A stretch of 64,000 nt of DNA from Candidatus Babeliales bacterium (GTDB lineage: Bacteria > Babelota > Babeliae > Babelales > JABCYS01). This document shows, in pieces, positions 19,544 to 29,782 of the stretch. The position numbers and the translations under genes were made by a program. Location of the stretch: the NCBI GenBank assembly GCA_016929235.1, contig JAFGJD010000004.1, positions 64,866-128,865 on the forward strand. Reading direction: 5' to 3'. Under the pieces are notes generated by a model. The model was not told the origin of the DNA, made no database searches, and worked only from the letters and a program-made list of their open reading frames with translations. Position 1 is the first letter of the stretch. Every line of letters begins with the position of its first letter.

Positions 19544-19586
19544 AAAAATAACCACTTCATTTCAGATCGAAGTATAAAACAGTTTT
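19544..19586. repeat. 43-bp direct repeat, copy 2 (identical to 18432..18474)
   Basis: Same 43-mer, in the divergent intergenic region between the 18940..19335 (-) and 19673..20992 (+) genes. Confidence 0.9.
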
Positions 19587-19672
19587 GGAACTTGGACGAA
19601 TATTGACAGTCTATTGCCTTTGATCAAAACTTCTTACAAGCTCTGATTCCGCATATCCTCCCTAATTAGGGA

Positions 19673-20992
19673 ATGAATACAGGATCACCACAAAGGAGAA
19701 GAAGCAGAATGCCTAAAGTCTTAAAGTTACTTCTATGGACCCTATCAATAATCACTATTTTAACGGGCAGCTCCATCGTATATCTTCTCTGGCTTCAGCC
19801 AGCCTTCTATTTTCCAAAACCAGAAGGCCGGTACGCAGTGGGCACAAAGCTCTATCATTGGATCGATACACGTCGTAAAGAAATATTACATCAAGATAAG
19901 CAGCACCCTCACCGTGAATTAAATGTAAAAATATGGTATCCAGCCCAGGAGTATTTACAAAACGCACCAACTACTCCCTATGCTCCCTATGCAATCGATT
20001 ATTTCAAAAAAAAGAACCCTTTCGCTTGGTTGTTGATATTATCTCGCCCTACGTACGTATATGCAATCCCCGATTTACCTATTGCCACAGATGAATCGAC
20101 TTTTCCAGTCATTCTTTTTTCTCCAGGATTCCGAGGATTTCAGGATTCTAATACGGCACAATGTGAATCATTGGCAAGCCACGGGTACGTGGTTGTTGGG
20201 ATAACACATCCATATGATAATACTGTTGTTAAATTTTCCGACGACCGTATAGCAGATGGTCTCAAGTCTCTTTCAAAAAGATCCCAGGGAATCCCTCTTG
20301 AGCAAAGCTCCATTCTTGATGATTCGGCTACAATATGGCTGGCCGACATAGAATTTGTATTAAACAAACTCGAACAACTGAAACAAGACAATAATTCTTT
20401 TTTATATAAACGGCTTGATCTTAATCATATCGGTATGTTTGGACATTCTATGGGTGGTTCAACTGCTTTGCAAATAGCCGCCCATGATTCTCGCATAAAA
20501 GCAGCAGTAAATTTAGATGGTGCTTTATTTGGTTATAATATAGCAAAAAAGATTGATAAACCCTGCATGGTATTGCTTGCGGGAAATGGCGTTACGTTCA
20601 ATGAACGCCCCCTGACTCAAAACGAATGGAAAAGATATAATATTACTTCACAGGAAGAAGAAGCGAAATTGAAGGAAAGTTATTTACCAGCACTTGATAA
20701 GCTCGCACAATCAACACATCATAATTTCTACACATTTGTTGTTAAAAATGCAGGGCATCTTGATTTTTCAGATATGGCATTATCAAAGTCCGCAGCCCCG
20801 CTTGTTCATCTTATTGCGATGACAAACAGCTCTCTGCTAAGGTTGGGATCTATTAATGGAGAAAAAGTAACAGAAATCGTAAACGCATACCTTCTAAGCT
20901 TCTTTAATAAGTATCTGAAGAAAGAAACCTCAGCCCTATTGGATAGTCAAGATGGGCATTACGCAGAAATTGAAACGCGAAATAAAAAATAA
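19673..20992 (+). CDS. Alpha/beta hydrolase, PAF-acetylhydrolase-like lipase/esterase, membrane-anchored
   Basis: Nucleophile elbow GHSMGGS and a C-terminal NAGHLDFSD His context. There is an N-terminal TM/signal anchor (LKLLLWTLSIITILTGSSIVYLLWL). The alternative start is ATG 19709. Confidence 0.75.
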   Translation: MNTGSPQRRRSRMPKVLKLLLWTLSIITILTGSSIVYLLWLQPAFYFPKPEGRYAVGTKLYHWIDTRRKEILHQDKQHPHRELNVKIWYPAQEYLQNAPTTPYAPYAIDYFKKKNPFAWLLILSRPTYVYAIPDLPIATDESTFPVILFSPGFRGFQDSNTAQCESLASHGYVVVGITHPYDNTVVKFSDDRIADGLKSLSKRSQGIPLEQSSILDDSATIWLADIEFVLNKLEQLKQDNNSFLYKRLDLNHIGMFGHSMGGSTALQIAAHDSRIKAAVNLDGALFGYNIAKKIDKPCMVLLAGNGVTFNERPLTQNEWKRYNITSQEEEAKLKESYLPALDKLAQSTHHNFYTFVVKNAGHLDFSDMALSKSAAPLVHLIAMTNSSLLRLGSINGEKVTEIVNAYLLSFFNKYLKKETSALLDSQDGHYAEIETRNKK

Positions 20993-21008
20993 AACAAAAC
21001 ATAAGAAT

Positions 21009-21364
21009 TGGTGGAGGCGATGGGAATCGAACCCATGTCCGCACTACAACAGACCCAAAGCGCTACATGCTTATTCTTCGAATATACAAACTTACCGCCT
21101 CGAAGACACAGTACAGTAAGTAGGCTTATTCAGTGATACAATCAGGCTACAAAATAAGAGAATCTACCCTGAATGTCCTATCTGGATAATTCGAATCAGG
21201 TCAACTGATAGACACGTCTTCCTGATAAGTCGTTTAATCGCGTCGATTAAGCGAATGCTGGAATTTCAGCATTTATTGTTGTACACAATTGTTTTACGAG
21301 CACTTGTGAAACGCTCGGCATGCTCCTTAAGTGCATCATAACACGTCGAAGCCTAGACGCCCCC
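21009..21364 (-). ncRNA. ssrA: tmRNA (SsrA), about 356 nt
   Basis: The 5' GGGGGCGTCTAGGCTTCGACG pairs with the 3' ...GGGTTCGATTCCCATCGCCTCCACCA, giving an acceptor stem with a G3:U wobble, a T-arm and an encoded CCA. GCATGCCGAG and CTCGTAAAA elements match conserved tmRNA pseudoknot-1 and pre-tag regions. The tag frame ends GCT GAA ATT CCA GCA TTC GCT TAA (stop at 21249-21247). It lies 65 nt downstream of smpB. Confidence 0.9.
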
Positions 21365-21429
21365 GTATATTTCAATGAACTCTTTTCACTCTTTATCGTA
21401 CCAATAAAGGCTCTGGACTGTCAAAAACC

Positions 21430-21879
21430 CTAGTTCCCCCTTTTGAGCTCACGCTCAGTTTCCCTGAGAAGATCCCGTTCTTTCAGGGCTGCCTTTTTGC
21501 TTGGGGCCTTTTTATGCTTGGCAAGTCCAAGCTCTACCTTGATCATGCCCTTCTTGGTTGAGTACATCTTTAGGGGAACCACAGTAACCCCCTTCCTGGA
21601 AATATCTCCCACAAGCCTGTGTAGCTCCTTCTTGTGCACCAAAAGCTTACGTGGCTGGCGAGTGTCATCTTGCTTGGTATATGCTTGCTCATAAGCCGGA
21701 ATATGGCAATTGGTAAGAAAGAGCTCTCCCTTATGAATCGTGGCAAAAGCTCCTATTAGGGAAGCCCGGCCCGCCTTAACCGACTTTACCTCGTCCCCTG
21801 ACAAAACAATACCTGCCTCAAGTTGGTCTAGGATGTCATAATCGTAAAATGCTTTTTTGTTCTGGGCTAAAATCTTCAT
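21430..21879 (-). CDS. smpB: SsrA-binding protein
   Basis: 149 aa with KKAFYDYDILDQLEAGIVLSGDEVKS and a basic C-terminal tail. It is adjacent to ssrA. Confidence 0.95.
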   Translation of the reverse strand: MKILAQNKKAFYDYDILDQLEAGIVLSGDEVKSVKAGRASLIGAFATIHKGELFLTNCHIPAYEQAYTKQDDTRQPRKLLVHKKELHRLVGDISRKGVTVVPLKMYSTKKGMIKVELGLAKHKKAPSKKAALKERDLLRETERELKRGN

Positions 21880-21964
21880 ATGCCTTTTGAAAAAGTACTA
21901 TGTTTACTCTATAGTAGAGTGACCTGTTTGATTGTAATTCTAAAGAGCGGAGAGGATTATTGCA

Positions 21965-22651
21965 ATGGACCGATACCGTATTTTGACTATCCTCCTGAGC
22001 GTAACATGTCTTTCTCACATGTCTCTAGGAAGTTCAAAATTCCAATATCAACCCCACATAAAACGTGTTTATTCTGGTTCCTTACGTTTTCCTGATAGCA
22101 TTACACCGCCCCCACGCTTGACCGCATATTACAAGGGAATTCGGGTTGATATTCAAAATGGAAACTTTACTGTTCGTGATACAGAAGCGGCCCCCGGATT
22201 TTACTTCTTGTTCACACTCAGCCCTGTTACTCCATGTACAGATGCTCATGATCCCAATACTATCCAATTTTTCCAACTAGATCCGGAGAGCCCCTATAAA
22301 TGCTTCCGTGTCTTGAGAACTCGTGGCGATCGGCCATGGCTAATAGAAGAAACGCCGCTGGAGCAAACACGTCACGCTATGCTTAAAATTCCGGAATCAA
22401 CCATCATCATTCCCTTGAACCCTGATTATGTTGAGGCTGTTCAAACCGAGGCAGATCCATCACCGTTGCATAGTACGTCCTTGCCAGACATTATCTTTAA
22501 AAAAGAGCTTTCACAAAATAAAATCAATGAGATGGTCATACAATCGACGTTTGCTGCACTCGATCTGAATCCATTTCACAGAAAACCAACCATAGTCCAA
22601 TCCATCGATCGCAATGCGCCACACATAATTATGTCTATGGTAACAGAATAA
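21965..22651 (+). CDS. Hypothetical secreted protein (orphan)
   Basis: A GGAGAGGA SD precedes the ATG. Signal-like MDRYRILTILLSVTCLSHMSLG. The stop is 1 nt before the tsaD start. Confidence 0.6.
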   Translation: MDRYRILTILLSVTCLSHMSLGSSKFQYQPHIKRVYSGSLRFPDSITPPPRLTAYYKGIRVDIQNGNFTVRDTEAAPGFYFLFTLSPVTPCTDAHDPNTIQFFQLDPESPYKCFRVLRTRGDRPWLIEETPLEQTRHAMLKIPESTIIIPLNPDYVEAVQTEADPSPLHSTSLPDIIFKKELSQNKINEMVIQSTFAALDLNPFHRKPTIVQSIDRNAPHIIMSMVTE

Positions 22652-22652
22652 G

Positions 22653-23678
22653 ATGGCGTACCGCATTCTTGGCATCGAAAGTTCATGTGACGAAACTGCT
22701 GCTGCGATCGTAGATAACGAACGAGGTGTGCTCTCGAGCAGGCTATTTTCTCAAATAAAACTACATCAACCATTTGGTGGCGTGGTTCCAGAAATTGCAT
22801 CTCGATCTCATTTAGACAAAATACCGGTAATCGTTCAAGAGGCTTTGCAAGCAGCAAAGACATCACTTGATGATATTAATGCTCTTGCTGTTACTACAAC
22901 ACCGGGACTCCCGGGATCACTTTTAATTGGTCTGTGTTTTGCAAAAGGAATATCTCTCGCTCGCAACCTACCTCTCATTGGAGTCAACCACCTTGAGGGT
23001 CATATATTCTCACCATGCATAGAACATGACGTGCCCTTTCCTCATCTGAGTATTACGGCATCAGGTGGACATACTGCTTTGTACCTTGTGCATAGCTTTG
23101 GCAAGTACAAGTTGCTCGGACAAACATTAGATGATGCAGCAGGTGAAGCATTCGACAAAGTCGCAAAGCTGATTGGACTGGACTATCCAGGAGGACCAGC
23201 CATTGAAAGATATGCACGTGAAGTTGATTTTAAAGACTTTTTTAAATACCCACGCAACAAACTAAAATCTCTTGATTTTAGTTTTTCTGGTCTCAAGACG
23301 GCAGTCTTTTACGATCTGGTGAAAAAAGAATTGTGTGACTTTACAACAAAGAAATTTAACCTTGATGCTCCAAACGCACACGACATACAACACCAAGTAG
23401 CAAGTTCACTTCTCGTATGTATCGCCGATATTTTCAAACAAAAGCTCGCACACGCCCTAGCACAACATCCTGAGGTACAGGCGGCAACCTTCGCTGGTGG
23501 AGTCGCTTGTAACAAATATATTAAACAACAACTACAAGAGCTGTGTGATAAACATCAGACACAGTTCTTCACCCCATCACCGCAGTATTGCACAGACAAC
23601 GCTGCAATGATCGCGTTTGTAGGGCAGTACAAAGCACGTAATAAAGAGTTTTCTAATTTAACGTTGGATATTTTCTAA
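22653..23678 (+). CDS. tsaD: tRNA N6-adenosine threonylcarbamoyltransferase
   Basis: Motifs ILGIESSCDETAAAIV and NHLEGH. Kae1/TsaD architecture, 341 aa. Confidence 0.95.
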   Translation: MAYRILGIESSCDETAAAIVDNERGVLSSRLFSQIKLHQPFGGVVPEIASRSHLDKIPVIVQEALQAAKTSLDDINALAVTTTPGLPGSLLIGLCFAKGISLARNLPLIGVNHLEGHIFSPCIEHDVPFPHLSITASGGHTALYLVHSFGKYKLLGQTLDDAAGEAFDKVAKLIGLDYPGGPAIERYAREVDFKDFFKYPRNKLKSLDFSFSGLKTAVFYDLVKKELCDFTTKKFNLDAPNAHDIQHQVASSLLVCIADIFKQKLAHALAQHPEVQAATFAGGVACNKYIKQQLQELCDKHQTQFFTPSPQYCTDNAAMIAFVGQYKARNKEFSNLTLDIF

Positions 23679-23684
23679 CAAATC

Positions 23685-24974
23685 TTAGTCGTGACTTCCG
23701 GTACCATTAGTACCACGTTTGGTAATCGCCTCAAAAAATTCGGCGTTCGTCTTATGACGCTTCATCTTATCGATTAACAATTCCATACCTTCAATAAGGT
23801 TCATATTGGCAAGTAACTTACGCAATACCCACATCTTGCTCAATTCATCTTCTGGCATCAACAACTCTTCACGACGTGTACCAGAAATTAGCAGATCAAA
23901 GGCCGGATAGAGACGACGATTGGCAAGCTTACGAGTAAGGTGCATTTCCATATTACCTGTTCCCTTAAACTCTTCGTAAATCACCTCATCCATACGCGAT
24001 CCTGTTTCGATCAATGCAGTAGCAATGATTGTCAATGAACCACCTTCTTCAGTATTACGTGCAGCACCAAAAAAACGCTTTGGATGTTGGAGCGCATTTG
24101 CATCAATACCACCAGTCAATACCTTACCTGATGCAGGGGCAGTTGTATTATATGCCCGAGCAAGACGGGTAATAGAATCAAGCAAAATTACAACATCCTT
24201 ACCTGCTTCAACTAAACGTTTTGCTTTTTCAATTACAACTTCTGCAACCTGAACGTGGCGGTCTGCTGATTCATCAAAGGTCGAGCTAAGAACCTCTGCG
24301 TTCTCACCATGCACTGTACGCCGCATGTCAGCAACTTCTTCAGGCCGTTCGTCAATAAGAAGAACAATCAGGTAGACATCAGGATGATTAGTTACAATAG
24401 ATTGTGCCAACTCCTTAAGAAGAACTGTTTTACCTGCTTTTGGAGGAGCAACAATCAATCCTCGTTGTCCCTTACCAATTGGCGAGAACATATCCATAAG
24501 ACGTGTTGAGATAAAGCGCGGATCAGCTTCTAAATTGAACTTTTTCTCTGGGTGCAAAGGAGATAGCCGATCAAAAAATGGACGCTCCGCTGTCTTTGCA
24601 GGATCTTCTGAATTAACCGCATCAATTTTAAGTAGTGCAAAATATTTTTCACCGTCTTTCGGCTTACGAATAACACCAGTAATGGTATCACCGGTTCTTA
24701 GATTGAAACGACGGATCTGCGAGGGTGAAACATAAATATCATCAGGTCCAGAAACGTAATCATAACGAGCAGATCGTAAAAATCCAAACCCATCGGGAAG
24801 TCGCTCAAGAACACCAGTTACCTCAATAGGATGATCGGGGTTTTCTCGCGCTTCAGTAATTTTTTCAATCAGCTCTACCTTAGACATAAGGCTTGAACCA
24901 AGTATTCCCAATTTTCTTGCTTGGTACTGTAGATCGTTAAATGCCATTTGCTGCAGGTCTTGCTGTTTTTTCAT
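23685..24974 (-). CDS. rho: Transcription termination factor Rho
   Basis: N-terminal RNA-binding region [14 protein letters not shown], Walker [11 protein letters not shown], and a RecA-like core. 429 aa. Confidence 0.97.
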   Translation of the reverse strand: MKKQQDLQQMAFNDLQYQARKLGILGSSLMSKVELIEKITEARENPDHPIEVTGVLERLPDGFGFLRSARYDYVSGPDDIYVSPSQIRRFNLRTGDTITGVIRKPKDGEKYFALLKIDAVNSEDPAKTAERPFFDRLSPLHPEKKFNLEADPRFISTRLMDMFSPIGKGQRGLIVAPPKAGKTVLLKELAQSIVTNHPDVYLIVLLIDERPEEVADMRRTVHGENAEVLSSTFDESADRHVQVAEVVIEKAKRLVEAGKDVVILLDSITRLARAYNTTAPASGKVLTGGIDANALQHPKRFFGAARNTEEGGSLTIIATALIETGSRMDEVIYEEFKGTGNMEMHLTRKLANRRLYPAFDLLISGTRREELLMPEDELSKMWVLRKLLANMNLIEGMELLIDKMKRHKTNAEFFEAITKRGTNGTGSHD

Positions 24975-25099
24975 TGCATCGGTTCCTCTTATAAAAATAA
25001 AATTTGTTGTCCGGTATCGGGATGTACTTCTAATGATACGTTACGTACCAATCGCCTAGAGAACTATATTTGAATGCTTACTACTCATTCCTAAAACGG

Positions 25100-25963
25100 C
25101 TATGCCATCTTTTTATGTAAGAGCATCATAACCGGGCTCGCAATATAAACCGAGGAATAAGTTCCTACGATAATACCCACGAGCAGTGCCATAGATAAAT
25201 CACTGAGAACTGCACCACCCAATACCAAAATAGGCAACAGTGCCAAACCCGTTGACACACTGGTCAAGATCGTACGGCGCAATGTCTCATTGATACTTGT
25301 ATTCACAATAGTTGCTAGTGATCTACCTGCCATCTTATTCGTATTCTCGCGAATCCGAGAGAAGATCACAATCGTATCATTAATTGAGCAACCAAGAATC
25401 GTCAATATTGCAACAATAATGTTGGGGGAAATCTCTTTTCCAAGCAATATAAAGAAACCAAGAATACATAATGCATCATGCAACAAAGCAATCACCGCCC
25501 CTACGGCAAAAGAAAACTCAAAGCGAATTGCAATATACAGCAACATCGCAAGAAGACCTAAAAGCAATGCATACAGAGCCTTTTGTCGAAGAGATTCTCC
25601 AGCTGCTGGGCCAACACTGTCTTTAGATTCAATAGTTATCGTCACATCTTTCATTGCTTTTTGGAGCGCTTCCTTTACCCGTTCTGATTCTCCCTGTGCG
25701 TCTCCTGAAAACTCTTTGACGCGAACCATTATCTCCTTATTAGAAAATTCGCGTGTTACAATACCAGGCCAACCCGCTTCATCAAGGATACGTTCTACAT
25801 CTTGTGATGTTGTTGGTTGTGAGAACGAAAAAAGAATCTGCGTACCCCCCTCAAAATCAACACTATATTTCAAGCCAACAGTAAAATATGAAGTAATAGT
25901 GTATGCAAGAAAGGCACCTGAAAGTAAAAAGGCCAATGTTCGGTACTTAAGAAAATTGATCAT
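25100..25963 (-). CDS. secF: Protein translocase subunit SecF
   Basis: 287 aa. YSVDFEGGT near the N-terminus and six TM segments typical of SecF. No secD is adjacent. Confidence 0.9.
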   Translation of the reverse strand: MINFLKYRTLAFLLSGAFLAYTITSYFTVGLKYSVDFEGGTQILFSFSQPTTSQDVERILDEAGWPGIVTREFSNKEIMVRVKEFSGDAQGESERVKEALQKAMKDVTITIESKDSVGPAAGESLRQKALYALLLGLLAMLLYIAIRFEFSFAVGAVIALLHDALCILGFFILLGKEISPNIIVAILTILGCSINDTIVIFSRIRENTNKMAGRSLATIVNTSINETLRRTILTSVSTGLALLPILVLGGAVLSDLSMALLVGIIVGTYSSVYIASPVMMLLHKKMA

Positions 25964-26048
25964 AAATCCTTCTCCGCTTCATCACGCGTGGCAGACAATT
26001 ACTGGAATTGAAAGGTATGTAAAACTATGCGTGAGAATAGCAGAACTC

Positions 26049-26306
26049 TTATATGGCTTCAACTACAGAGACAAACTTGCGACCTTTGGCGCCGTAATGG
26101 AACTTTACATAGCCAGGGCTGTTTGCAAATATGGTGTGGTCCTTACCAATTCCAACAGCTTTTCCAGGGTTAATCCTTGTTCCCCGCTGGCGAACAATAA
26201 TTTCGCCACCGAGCACCTTATGGCCATCAAAAAGCTTAATGCCTAAACGTTTACTCTGACTATCACGACCGTTACTCGTCGAACCACCAGATTTACTCGT
26301 TGCCAT
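26049..26306 (-). CDS. rpmA: 50S ribosomal protein L27
   Basis: [20 protein letters not shown]...IIVRQRGT matches the L27 signature. Confidence 0.97.
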   Translation of the reverse strand: MATSKSGGSTSNGRDSQSKRLGIKLFDGHKVLGGEIIVRQRGTRINPGKAVGIGKDHTIFANSPGYVKFHYGAKGRKFVSVVEAI

Positions 26307-26407
26307 GTTCGTTATTCCTTACTTAGATATACTCTGGAACCAAAAAGATAGGTAACGGCTTTAGTATCCCAACGCAGCCCTCAAAAGTCAATCCCTCGCT
26401 TATAGGA

Positions 26408-26884
26408 TCAGCGAATCTTAGGCTTGTTTGAAGGTGTTTTGCGCTTTGGCGCACACCATCCTTCAGCCCCCGAACCACGATAGTCTAGCGAAGCACTTCT
26501 AGCTGGTTTTTCAGAAAGATTTCCGGAGTCTCCTAGCATTACATATCCAAGTTTTGCAAGAGCGGCTTCAAAAATGGGGATTCTGACCGCATATGATTCA
26601 ATGGATCTAGCATATTCTTCGGGAAGTTCGCTAGGGTATTTTCTTCGTATTGCTCTCTCATATTGGACTAGGTCCATAGTGCCTGTACGTTCAGCAAAAT
26701 CAACCATTTCCTGAATAACCTGTCGCTCTATCTCCGATAGAGAGCCCCATTGATCGTTTCCCCTAAGCGTATTATGCCATAGAACAAGCTGATCACTTCT
26801 TGTTGGAATTGGCTGAAATGAAAATTCATCCATGGCCAACACAAAGTACGGACTCAATAACACTATGAGCAAGACGGAACGCAT
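26408..26884 (-). CDS. Hypothetical secreted protein (orphan)
   Basis: A GGGAGA SD lies 4 nt upstream of ATG 26884. Signal-like MRSVLLIVLLSPYFVLA. Confidence 0.6.
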   Translation of the reverse strand: MRSVLLIVLLSPYFVLAMDEFSFQPIPTRSDQLVLWHNTLRGNDQWGSLSEIERQVIQEMVDFAERTGTMDLVQYERAIRRKYPSELPEEYARSIESYAVRIPIFEAALAKLGYVMLGDSGNLSEKPARSASLDYRGSGAEGWCAPKRKTPSNKPKIR

Positions 26885-26954
26885 ATCATCTCCCTGTAGA
26901 GACTACATTTGAAAGGATATTCCTTGATATGTCTTCAGAATAGCAAAAATTCAT

Positions 26955-29675
26955 CTACTTTGTAACGGCCTGCCAGGTCAATCCCTGCCTAACATCGACA
27001 ATTAAAGGCACCTCCCATGCAACTACCCCCTCCAAAACAGAAGCGCAGAGGCTTCCAACAGCCCCTGCATATTCTTGAGAAGCAGATACCAACACTTCAT
27101 CATGTATCTGTAAAATCAGCTTACTATCCGGATACTGACACTGCAGCGCAGACGAAAGGCCTATCATTCCCTGCTTCATAAGCTCTGCGGCTGTCCCCTG
27201 GGCTTTAGTATTGATTGCTACCCGGCACGCAAGCTCATATAAAGATCGATTTTTTTCATAAATACCCGGAATATAGCGCCGTCGCCCCCAGTGTGTTGTC
27301 ACATACCCACACTCCTTCGTTTCCTGAATCACCGATTCCATCCACGCTGAGACACCTGGATACTGTGAAAAATAAGTATCTATATACTGTTTTGCCTCTC
27401 CAAATGATATTCCTAGATCCTTGGATAATCCATAGGGAGTGAGACCATACAGAATACTAAAATTAATCCGCTTACCAAGTTGTCGTTGTTCACTAGTTAC
27501 TTTCTCAAGTGCACTGCCAAACAAATGAGCGGCTGTTTGGGTATGAATATCTCGTCCCTCGTTAAATGCATTCAGAAGAGCCTGGTCCTTGGAAAGATAT
27601 GCCAACACCCTCAGTTCGATCTGCGAATAATCTGCCGATATGAAAACATGACCCGGCATCGGGAGAAAGGCACTACGCACCTGTGTTGGATATGACTTTG
27701 AACCAACAGGAATATTCTGTAGGTTTGGCTCCGAGGATGACAAGCGACCTGTCGCAACCGCCGTCTGCCTGAAGGAAGTATGAATCTTTCCATCCTTTGG
27801 ATTGACTGCATGCGGTAGTGTATCAAGATACGTACTTTTTAATTTGAAGAGCTCACGATATGTTATGATCATGCCAGGAACAGGATGAATCTTGGCTAAT
27901 GCTTCAAGCACCTCTTGATCTGTTGAATAGCCAGTCCTAGTCTTTTTCTTAGGTGGTAAATTAAGTTCACGAAATAATAGTTGTTCTAGCTGCCGCGGCG
28001 AATTTAAATTGATGGTGTCCCCAATTGTTCCCACCGCAGCTGCAATTTTTCCTTCTATCGTCTTAAGTTCTCGCGTTACATATATATCAAGTACCTTGAG
28101 TACATCAACATCTACAATGATCCCCTCTTTCTCCATCTCATATAGTACCTGAATGAGTGGAAATTCAATTGTTCTGTATAGTGTAAGCATGTCATGCTTT
28201 TCAAGCTCTTTATGTAAGATCGGAACCAAACGAAACGTCTGGTGTGCATCGGATGCGGCATATTCAGTTGCAAGTGCAATAGGAACCTGGGCAAAATGCT
28301 TGTATCCATTCCCAGTAACTGCATCATTGAATGACAACATCGCTTCATCAAGATAATATTTTGAAAGAGCCTTCAGACCAATGCGCTGCCAATCTTCAGA
28401 CACTAAATGCGCCGCAAGCAACGTATCAAATTCAATCCCACATATCTCAATTCCATATTGGCTCAAAACCAATTGATCAAATTTCGCATGATGCAGATAT
28501 TTGACGATGGTACCATCGTGCAAAAGATGCCTCAGCTGATCAACAACAAAGTGGCGTGGCAACTGTTCTTCCATAGTCTCATGGCCACATGGAATATAGT
28601 ACGCAAGCCCAACTTCTGCGCACACAGATACGCCCACCAGATCACAATTAAGAGAATCAAGACCGTTTGTTTCAGTATCAAGCGCAAAGATGCGTTTTTG
28701 TTTTAAATAGGAACACAACTCCTTAAATGCCGCCTGGGTAGTTATCGAAACAAAACGATATCCCTTTGTTTCCGAAAGCAACGTTCGTCGTGGAATATCT
28801 CCATACCGTGTAATATCTTTTAACAAACTTTTGAATTCGTACTCTTCAAATAGTGGTTGCGCCTGCACCCAGCGTGCTGTTTCAAAACCAGCCTTCTGCT
28901 TTGTAAATTCAAAATCATGATATTTTAGAATGAATAACTGTTCACTTAAAAACGCTTTTTCTTTATGTTTTTGCAACGCAGCTTGCGTACGCGTTTTTTC
29001 AATTAACTCGAGATTGGCATATAAATGCTGCAAAGAATCAAACCGCTTTACTAATTCAGTTGCACCAACCTTGCCAATACCAGGAACCCCAGGAATATTG
29101 TCAGAAGTATCCCCGAGTAAGGCATAGTAAAATGGCAACTTCGCCACAGGGAACCCTCGCTCCTCTAAAAAAGTGGCATCAGTAACAAATGCATCTTTGT
29201 GCCAGTCGAACAACGTAATGCCACTGCCAAGCGTTTGCACCATATCCTTATCGGAGGTTACTATTACCACATGACTACCATATGCTTTTTGTATCCAGTC
29301 CTGTGCAAGTGAAAACAAAATATCATCTGCCTCAATTCCTGTTTGAGCAACTTGCATCAATCCAATTGCATCGCAAAAATCGATAACACGTTGTTTTTGA
29401 TCAAATAAATCACTGGGAGGCGCTTGACGCGTAGCTTTATACTCTTCATACAATTCGTGCCGCTCTGTTCTCCCTTTACTGTCCCACGCAACAGCAATGT
29501 AGTGCGGCTTAAATTGATCAAGTAATTTTTTAATCATACGGCAGAATGAATAAACTGCCTGAACTGGGATACCAGTCGAAGTATGGAGTGGGCGCATACC
29601 ATAATACGCACGGTATAGAAATGACGAGCCGTCAATAAGAAAGAGTGTGGATTTCGGATCAAACTGATTCTTCAT
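26955..29675 (-). CDS. polA: DNA polymerase I
   Basis: 5'-3' exonuclease LIDGSSFLYRAYY; 3'-5' exonuclease ALDTETNGLD; polymerase motifs A (ISADYSQIELRVLA), B (RQLGKRINFSILYG) and C (QIHDEV). I prefer the start at ATG 29675 because of its canonical distance to LIDGSS. An upstream ATG at 29738 is possible. Confidence 0.95.
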   Translation of the reverse strand: MKNQFDPKSTLFLIDGSSFLYRAYYGMRPLHTSTGIPVQAVYSFCRMIKKLLDQFKPHYIAVAWDSKGRTERHELYEEYKATRQAPPSDLFDQKQRVIDFCDAIGLMQVAQTGIEADDILFSLAQDWIQKAYGSHVVIVTSDKDMVQTLGSGITLFDWHKDAFVTDATFLEERGFPVAKLPFYYALLGDTSDNIPGVPGIGKVGATELVKRFDSLQHLYANLELIEKTRTQAALQKHKEKAFLSEQLFILKYHDFEFTKQKAGFETARWVQAQPLFEEYEFKSLLKDITRYGDIPRRTLLSETKGYRFVSITTQAAFKELCSYLKQKRIFALDTETNGLDSLNCDLVGVSVCAEVGLAYYIPCGHETMEEQLPRHFVVDQLRHLLHDGTIVKYLHHAKFDQLVLSQYGIEICGIEFDTLLAAHLVSEDWQRIGLKALSKYYLDEAMLSFNDAVTGNGYKHFAQVPIALATEYAASDAHQTFRLVPILHKELEKHDMLTLYRTIEFPLIQVLYEMEKEGIIVDVDVLKVLDIYVTRELKTIEGKIAAAVGTIGDTINLNSPRQLEQLLFRELNLPPKKKTRTGYSTDQEVLEALAKIHPVPGMIITYRELFKLKSTYLDTLPHAVNPKDGKIHTSFRQTAVATGRLSSSEPNLQNIPVGSKSYPTQVRSAFLPMPGHVFISADYSQIELRVLAYLSKDQALLNAFNEGRDIHTQTAAHLFGSALEKVTSEQRQLGKRINFSILYGLTPYGLSKDLGISFGEAKQYIDTYFSQYPGVSAWMESVIQETKECGYVTTHWGRRRYIPGIYEKNRSLYELACRVAINTKAQGTAAELMKQGMIGLSSALQCQYPDSKLILQIHDEVLVSASQEYAGAVGSLCASVLEGVVAWEVPLIVDVRQGLTWQAVTK

Positions 29676-29782
29676 GCCACAAGCGTACTCCGTTACTCCA
29701 CCCCTTTCAAGCACCCTCTTGACCAGCATCCTCTTCATGCTTATGGTTACCTACATTACCAACATATCAGAAGGAATTGTAG

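Noticed and set aside
18432-19586. 43-bp repeats considered as a minimal CRISPR array or as MITE ends
   Set aside because: There are only two copies, 1.1 kb apart, in direct rather than inverted orientation, with two ordinary genes between them. I kept this as a finding of a different kind.
25290-26246. 318-aa ORF on the + strand, the longest unassigned ORF in the track
   Set aside because: It is entirely antisense to secF and rpmA, which carry unmistakable family motifs. Its translation is low-complexity (S/R/I/A-rich) with no start context. It is a typical shadow ORF.
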